Assembly: GCA_037917675.1 (NCBI GenBank)
Contig: JAVCBW010000044.1
Coordinates: 1 to 11,875, forward strand
DNA length: 11,875 nucleotides
Direction: 5' to 3'
Source: Thermoproteota archaeon
GTDB lineage: Archaea; Korarchaeota; Korarchaeia; B14-G2
Shown here: positions 8,228 to 11,875 of the stretch, in pieces
How positions within the stretch are numbered: position 1 is the first letter of the stretch
Layout of the letters: each line of letters starts with the position of its first letter
Translations under genes and position numbers: made by a program
The notes under the pieces: generated by a model
The model's input: the letters and a program-made list of their open reading frames with translations, nothing else
The model's database searches: none
Told to the model about the DNA's origin: nothing

Positions 8228-8773
8228 TTGCCTAGGCATCTCTGGAGAGGGCTAATTGAGGCAGCTTTAAAGTCTGATAGCGAGTTCAGAGGTGAGCTTG
8301 AGAGGGCTATGCGTGAGCTCGGCGTAGGTGTCAAGGAGCTAAGTGAGCTCTCTGGGGTATCTGAGAGCCTGCTCTACAAGGTGCTCTCTGGCTCGAGGAG
8401 CGACCTGAGGCTATCTACTCTCAGGAAGATCATAAGGGCAGTTAGGAGGGCTGAGGGGGTCAGTGAGGAGCCATTCCTGGCTATAATAGCAGCCAGACCG
8501 ACCTTGAACTCGATTGACACAAGCCAGGTTACAGTCGGGGATAGGACTGTGAAGCTTAAGGAGTATGCTGCAGCCACCATCGAGGACATCCTGCTTGCTG
8601 CCATAAAAGCTGAGGAAGATGGTGCAGCAGGCATAGTATGTGCTCCAGTAGTCAGCAACATAGTAGCTAAGGTGGCTAGGATCCCTGTCATCTCATGTCC
8701 AGTTGAGATGTGTAAGCAGCCTATCATGAGAGCTGTTGAGATAGCTGCCAGGAAGCTGTTCCCAGTAGGCTAG
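8228..8773 (+). CDS. Archaeal XRE-type HTH transcriptional regulator with C-terminal ligand-binding-like domain (COG4800-like); start moved from 8144 to TTG 8228 (181 aa)
   Basis: HTH (GVKELSELSGVSESLLYKVLSG...LRLSTLRKI) followed by FLAIIAARPTL...KEYAAATIED...AEEDGAAGIVCAPVVS...IPV, which I recognise from a methanogen-associated family. The 8144-8227 extension would overlap the TATA box. Confidence 0.85.
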   Translation: MPRHLWRGLIEAALKSDSEFRGELERAMRELGVGVKELSELSGVSESLLYKVLSGSRSDLRLSTLRKIIRAVRRAEGVSEEPFLAIIAARPTLNSIDTSQVTVGDRTVKLKEYAAATIEDILLAAIKAEEDGAAGIVCAPVVSNIVAKVARIPVISCPVEMCKQPIMRAVEIAARKLFPVG

Positions 8774-8843
8774 AGAAGCCCAGTCTCAGATGGCTCTCCA
8801 TAACCTTTTTAAGCAGCTAGCTGTAGCAGCCTAGGTGCTGCTA

Positions 8844-9068
8844 GTGGTTAGAGCATGTGTCCTGATCTACTGTAAGCCAGGTGAGTACCTAGATGTCTTG
8901 AGGAAGCTGAATGGGATGGAGGGTGTCAGAGAGGCGTTCCCAGTACATGGGAGATGTGATCTCATAGCTTTAGTTGAGGCTCTAGACTACCCTGAGCTCA
9001 GTGTACTCACAGCAAAGATAAATGCTATAGAGGGAATCCAGAGGACTGAGACTCTAGTGGAAGCCTAG
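8844..9068 (+). CDS. Stand-alone Lrp/AsnC ligand-binding (RAM) domain protein; probable start GTG 8844 (ORF track gives 8835)
   Basis: MVRACVLI...GVREAFPVHGRCDLIALVEA...INAIEGIQRTETL pattern, no HTH; AGGTG SD at 8833-8837 and TTTTTAAG TATA-like box at 8806-8813. Confidence 0.88.
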   Translation: MVRACVLIYCKPGEYLDVLRKLNGMEGVREAFPVHGRCDLIALVEALDYPELSVLTAKINAIEGIQRTETLVEA

Positions 9069-9234
9069 TGTATCCTCTCAGCCTCAAATCTGAGCCAAGC
9101 ATCTCTAGGCTTCTCCTCTGGTATCTCATTCCTCACCTTGACTAGCTTGAGTGCTCCACTTGGGCAGTGGTGTACACAGAGACCGCAGCCAACACACTTC
9201 TCCAGTATCAGCTCAACTCTATCCTCTTCACTAT
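9065..9234 (-). pseudogene. 3' remnant of a 4Fe-4S (ferredoxin-domain) protein gene, 5' part lost at the island junction
   Basis: One CxxCxxCxxxCP motif (CVGCGLCVHHCP) plus a tail in host-like codons. The ORF-track N-terminus (MIINRIFDFH) comes from AT-rich duplicated DNA. No partner Cys motif, SD or convincing start is present. Confidence 0.7.
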
Positions 9235-9249
9235 AATGGGCATAGTGAA
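9227..9249. repeat. 8-7-8 inverted repeat at the host/island junction
   Basis: TTCACTAT-AATGGGC-ATAGTGAA; the arms are exact reverse complements. Confidence 0.85.
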
Positions 9250-9494
9250 AATCAAAAATGCGATTAATAATCAAAAATGCGATTAATAATGTCTACTTTA
9301 CAGAAAAAGGCATAATAAGACTCGGCGATTTCGTTACAATTCAAAGAAAAGGTGGGGATGGAAAACATATTACAATCCCAAAGACCGATTGGAGTCATCC
9401 TGGCAATCAATTACAGTTCAAGTTCTCACCGTTAAAATTTACGGAATATATCGAATTGACAAAGGCTATTAAGTTTTGCGTAATAAATTACTAA
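9236..9494 (+). pseudogene. C-terminal remnant of a HinP1I-like type II restriction endonuclease
   Basis: FTEKGIIRLGDFVTIQRKGGD...GNQLQFKFSP resembles the HinP1I-family C-terminus as I recall it (TIQRKGGD...NMLQFKI.P). It covers only ~80 of ~250 expected residues, is frameshifted by the 19-bp duplication, and overlaps the MTase 3' end by 26 bp. Confidence 0.7.
9250..9290 (+). repeat. Perfect 19-bp tandem duplication
   Basis: AATCAAAAATGCGATTAAT at 9250-9268 and 9269-9287, followed by AAT. Confidence 0.95.
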
Positions 9495-11520
9495 GCAGCT
9501 GATATATATTTTCAATGGTATTTTCTGCATCTTTAATTCCAATGAGCTTAGCTATGGCTAAATCAAGTCTGTATCTGTACTCTTCACCTAACTGTTCCCA
9601 TAGAGAAGGAAGATGTTTATCTAGTATATTGTTAACAGTTTTAACTACTTCTGATAACGCTTCTTCATCATCTTTATTCAAATTTATTATAGGCAGTTCA
9701 AGATAATCGTTTTCCAAAAACCTAGTCCATGTCTCTGATATTCTTCTACCTAATAGTACTAAAACTGAGATGAAGATTGTGCTATTAAACCAGCCAGTAA
9801 GAAGCTTTGTGAAAGTTTCATTTTTATCTCTAACAATATAGAAGTTCTTAGACGCTGCTACTCTTTCTTTAGTATAATTTGCGAACACGCCTCTATTTTT
9901 AAAAAGCAAATCAACCTTATCGGGTATGAATACTTGTCCGAAAGGCTTTTTTGTTATCATTTGCTTATAAACGTGACTATACCAGTACCTTCCATAAGCA
10001 TTTATGGCGGGTTTTGCAGTGTTTGACTTAATCCCCCATTCAATATAATGTTGTAAGTCGCTTGGTAAATCGTTGACCTCGATAGGAGGTATTGAAAGCA
10101 TGAAGGTATCTACGCTGGCCTCTATTTTATGGCTATAAAAACTCGGTTTACGAAGGGTCTTTATAAGAAATTCTTTGTTAATAGCTAATTCTTCATCGTT
10201 TTCGTTCATTATCTTCACAAAGTCTTTCTTTTCCTCTACAAGTTCCCAATACTTATTTGGAATAAAGAAGAACTCTGGTCCGTACATTTCTACTCCTCTA
10301 ATGATGCTGCCTCTACCAAGCATATCATTCCAGTATCCAAGTGTTCTTTTCTTTAATCCCTGCTCGAATACGCTGACAACGGTGTCCCTCAGCTTATCTT
10401 CTCCAAAGAGAGCTAACCAATTAATATCTAAAAATCGTGGCAAAGTATGAAGATTAGTTGTTATACATGGCTTAATATTGCTCATGATGATTTTGGCTAC
10501 CTCTTCAACATTATTATCCAGTTCGATAAAGGCTGTTGATCTTTCATTAGAACCCTTAACTGCTACTATGATCACCTCCTTAAATCCGCTATCTTCTGAG
10601 AATGATGCTCTTGATTTGCATTCAACCATTGCGTATATTCCGTACTTTTCTCTTAACAAGGACTTATATCCTCTTCCATATATTGTATAAAACGTGGATG
10701 CTGGTAGCACAGAAATTAGTAAGCCGTTCTCGTTTAGAATGTAATCACAGAGAAACATGGATAGTGTTTGAAGGCTAACCTCTTTCCTGGTTATATACTT
10801 TTTATATCCTAATCCCTCTATAACTGAGAGAAGGAATTCTCGATATTTTTTCTCTAGGTATTTCCATCGAGTAAATGGAGGATTTGTCAGGATTATATCT
10901 GCTCTTGGTATTTCAGGTTGTAGAAATGGGGAAGAAAGCTTGGGAATTTCTTTGAAAGAGTCTCCCACTATCACAGTAACGGAGTCTTTCTTACCCCCCA
11001 TCGAATGAAGTAACGATGCATAAGCGACTAAAGCGGGCAAGGGTAAAGGTTCTATTCCCCATACTTTGCCTATCCTCTCAACTCCTACTTTTTCAATCGT
11101 GGCTGTCAGTGTAGAACCGGAACCAAGAAATGGGTCCGCAAGAACAACTTTTCCTTTTCTTGAGCGTATGAACTCTTTGACAACTGATGCCATAAGAGCT
11201 GTCCCCTGTTGTATGGTGTAGTATGCTGCAAATTTCTTCCTCTCTTCCTGTGGAATTAACTTTTGGACTCTTATTTGAGCTTCCTTAATGGAAAGTTTTG
11301 TCTTTTGTGCTTCTGATTTAATGGTCTCAATCTCATTAGAATTCAATTTATTCAAGTTGGGTAAAACCGGAGCATTCCAATTTGCTAATGATTCCATATT
11401 ATCAGCGTATTCTAATATCGTTTTTATGCTAGCTGCAAGAACTTGGAAGCTCTCCTTACTAATAGGCTCTATACCTAACTTTTTCAATATTATGTCTCTA
11501 GCCTTCATCTTTTCTTTCAC
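9469..11520 (-). CDS. Gamma-class amino (N6-A or N4-C) DNA methyltransferase with long C-terminal target-recognition region; probable start ATG 11508
   Basis: Motif order X (FAAYYT), I (LADPFLGSG), II (GIE), III (GDSF), IV (ILTNPPF), VI (LNENGLLISVLP), VIII (SFSEDSGF). There is no room for an N-terminal nuclease domain. GGTGA SD precedes ATG 11508. Confidence 0.9.
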   Translation of the reverse strand: MKEKMKARDIILKKLGIEPISKESFQVLAASIKTILEYADNMESLANWNAPVLPNLNKLNSNEIETIKSEAQKTKLSIKEAQIRVQKLIPQEERKKFAAYYTIQQGTALMASVVKEFIRSRKGKVVLADPFLGSGSTLTATIEKVGVERIGKVWGIEPLPLPALVAYASLLHSMGGKKDSVTVIVGDSFKEIPKLSSPFLQPEIPRADIILTNPPFTRWKYLEKKYREFLLSVIEGLGYKKYITRKEVSLQTLSMFLCDYILNENGLLISVLPASTFYTIYGRGYKSLLREKYGIYAMVECKSRASFSEDSGFKEVIIVAVKGSNERSTAFIELDNNVEEVAKIIMSNIKPCITTNLHTLPRFLDINWLALFGEDKLRDTVVSVFEQGLKKRTLGYWNDMLGRGSIIRGVEMYGPEFFFIPNKYWELVEEKKDFVKIMNENDEELAINKEFLIKTLRKPSFYSHKIEASVDTFMLSIPPIEVNDLPSDLQHYIEWGIKSNTAKPAINAYGRYWYSHVYKQMITKKPFGQVFIPDKVDLLFKNRGVFANYTKERVAASKNFYIVRDKNETFTKLLTGWFNSTIFISVLVLLGRRISETWTRFLENDYLELPIINLNKDDEEALSEVVKTVNNILDKHLPSLWEQLGEEYRYRLDLAIAKLIGIKDAENTIENIYQLLSNLLRKT

Positions 11521-11690
11521 CCTTTAACGGCTTCACGACAATTATAAGCTCGCCTCCTTCAGCTCTAATCTCCCAATTGAGCCTATCCCCTTCTGAGAGA
11601 TTAAAATTGTTTAACAATCCCCATAGGAATAGTTGTTCTTAGCGATCTGCTTTTTGACGTTGCTCTTGTAAGCACGGTGACTTCTCCCAT
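11498..11690 (-). pseudogene. AbrB/MazE/SpoVT-family DNA-binding protein with a +1 frameshift (not in the ORF track)
   Basis: Removing one base of the A4 run at 11603-11606 gives a 63-aa ORF: MGEVTVLTRATSKSRSLRTTIPMGIVKQFNLSEGDRLNWEIRAEGGELIIVVKPLKGERKDEG (SLRTTIP..IV...L..GD.L.W swapped-hairpin pattern). Its stop overlaps the MTase start. Confidence 0.85.
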
Positions 11691-11720
11691 CCTATCACTT
11701 GTAATAGCTATAGGTAAAAT

Positions 11721-11739
11721 TATTTATAAAGTTTTTTAC
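11721..11739 (-). promoter_or_regulatory. BRE/TATA promoter of the abrB-like/MTase operon
   Basis: Minus strand GTAAAAAAC-TTTATAAATA 31-49 nt upstream of ATG 11690; GTGATAGG SD-like sequence just before the ATG. Confidence 0.65.
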
Positions 11740-11759
11740 AAACCAAAATCTTAAAAAAT

Positions 11760-11823
11760 AATTGGTGTTTACTTTGCAGTGGGACAATGCAAATAGTTGT
11801 TTACTTTGCAGTGGGACAACGCA
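11760..11823. repeat. 32-bp imperfect tandem duplication (2 copies, 3 mismatches)
   Basis: AATTGGTGTTTACTTTGCAGTGGGACAATGCA / AATAGTTGTTTACTTTGCAGTGGGACAACGCA; shared core TGTTTACTTTGCAGTGGGACAA. Confidence 0.93.
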
Positions 11824-11875
11824 GGTCTGAAAGCAGTAATTTGATTCTTTTCTTTCTGATTTCTTTTGTTTGGTC

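Larger units (their letters stand above)
9235..11875. mobile_element. AT-rich horizontally acquired defence island (right end not defined in this window)
   Basis: Abrupt GC drop (spot counts ~50% to ~25-40% per line), loss of the CTAG/AGCT-rich style, R-M cargo, and a truncated host gene at the left edge. No integrase or transposase is visible. Confidence 0.7.

Noticed and set aside
7888-8235. 115-aa plus-strand ORF across the divergent promoter region
   Set aside because: No recognisable motifs, overlaps ssuA and both promoters; probably chance.
8374-8727. 117-aa minus-strand ORF
   Set aside because: Antisense shadow of the HTH regulator.
9065-9274. Intact 69-aa ferredoxin as given in the ORF track
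   Set aside because: The N-terminus derives from the AT-rich duplication, and a single CxxCxxCxxxCP motif lacks the partner Cys needed for a standard ferredoxin fold.
9469-11520. Type IIG fused restriction-modification enzyme or type I HsdM
   Set aside because: Only ~95 residues precede motif X, with no PD-(D/E)xK nuclease domain; no hsdS/hsdR nearby, and the long C-terminus fits a built-in target-recognition region.
9515-11527. Short plus-strand ORFs inside the MTase
   Set aside because: Antisense shadows with Ser/Phe/Leu-rich non-coding composition.
11760-11823. Possible CRISPR mini-array
   Set aside because: Only two copies, separated by ~6-10 nt that are themselves similar; no spacer-length unique sequence and no cas genes.
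11824-11875. T-rich terminator on + or a gene 3' end on - at the right edge
   Set aside because: All three minus frames are open over this short stretch and no plus-strand gene precedes it; undecidable within the window.

Overview
Archaeal DNA in two compositionally distinct parts. (1) About 1-9234 is host-like (~50% GC by spot counts, CTAG/AGCT-rich, CpG-poor). It holds a minus-strand branched-chain amino acid-type ABC operon (livK-H-M-G-F; LivK is a lipoprotein with a long Pro-Thr linker), a minus-strand NitT/TauT (SsuABC-like) ABC operon with a divergent HTH + ligand-domain regulator, a stand-alone Lrp/AsnC ligand-binding-domain gene, and the 3' remnant of a 4Fe-4S protein gene. (2) About 9235 to the window end is an AT-rich (~35% GC) island with a decaying restriction-modification module: an intact gamma-class amino-DNA methyltransferase, a convergent 5'-truncated and frameshifted HinP1I-like endonuclease remnant, and an unannotated frameshifted AbrB/SpoVT-type regulator directly upstream of the MTase. 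At the junction, two headless genes meet back-to-back across an 8-7-8 inverted repeat followed by a 19-bp tandem duplication. A 32-bp imperfect tandem repeat lies near the right edge. All family calls come from motif recognition by eye, not database searches.
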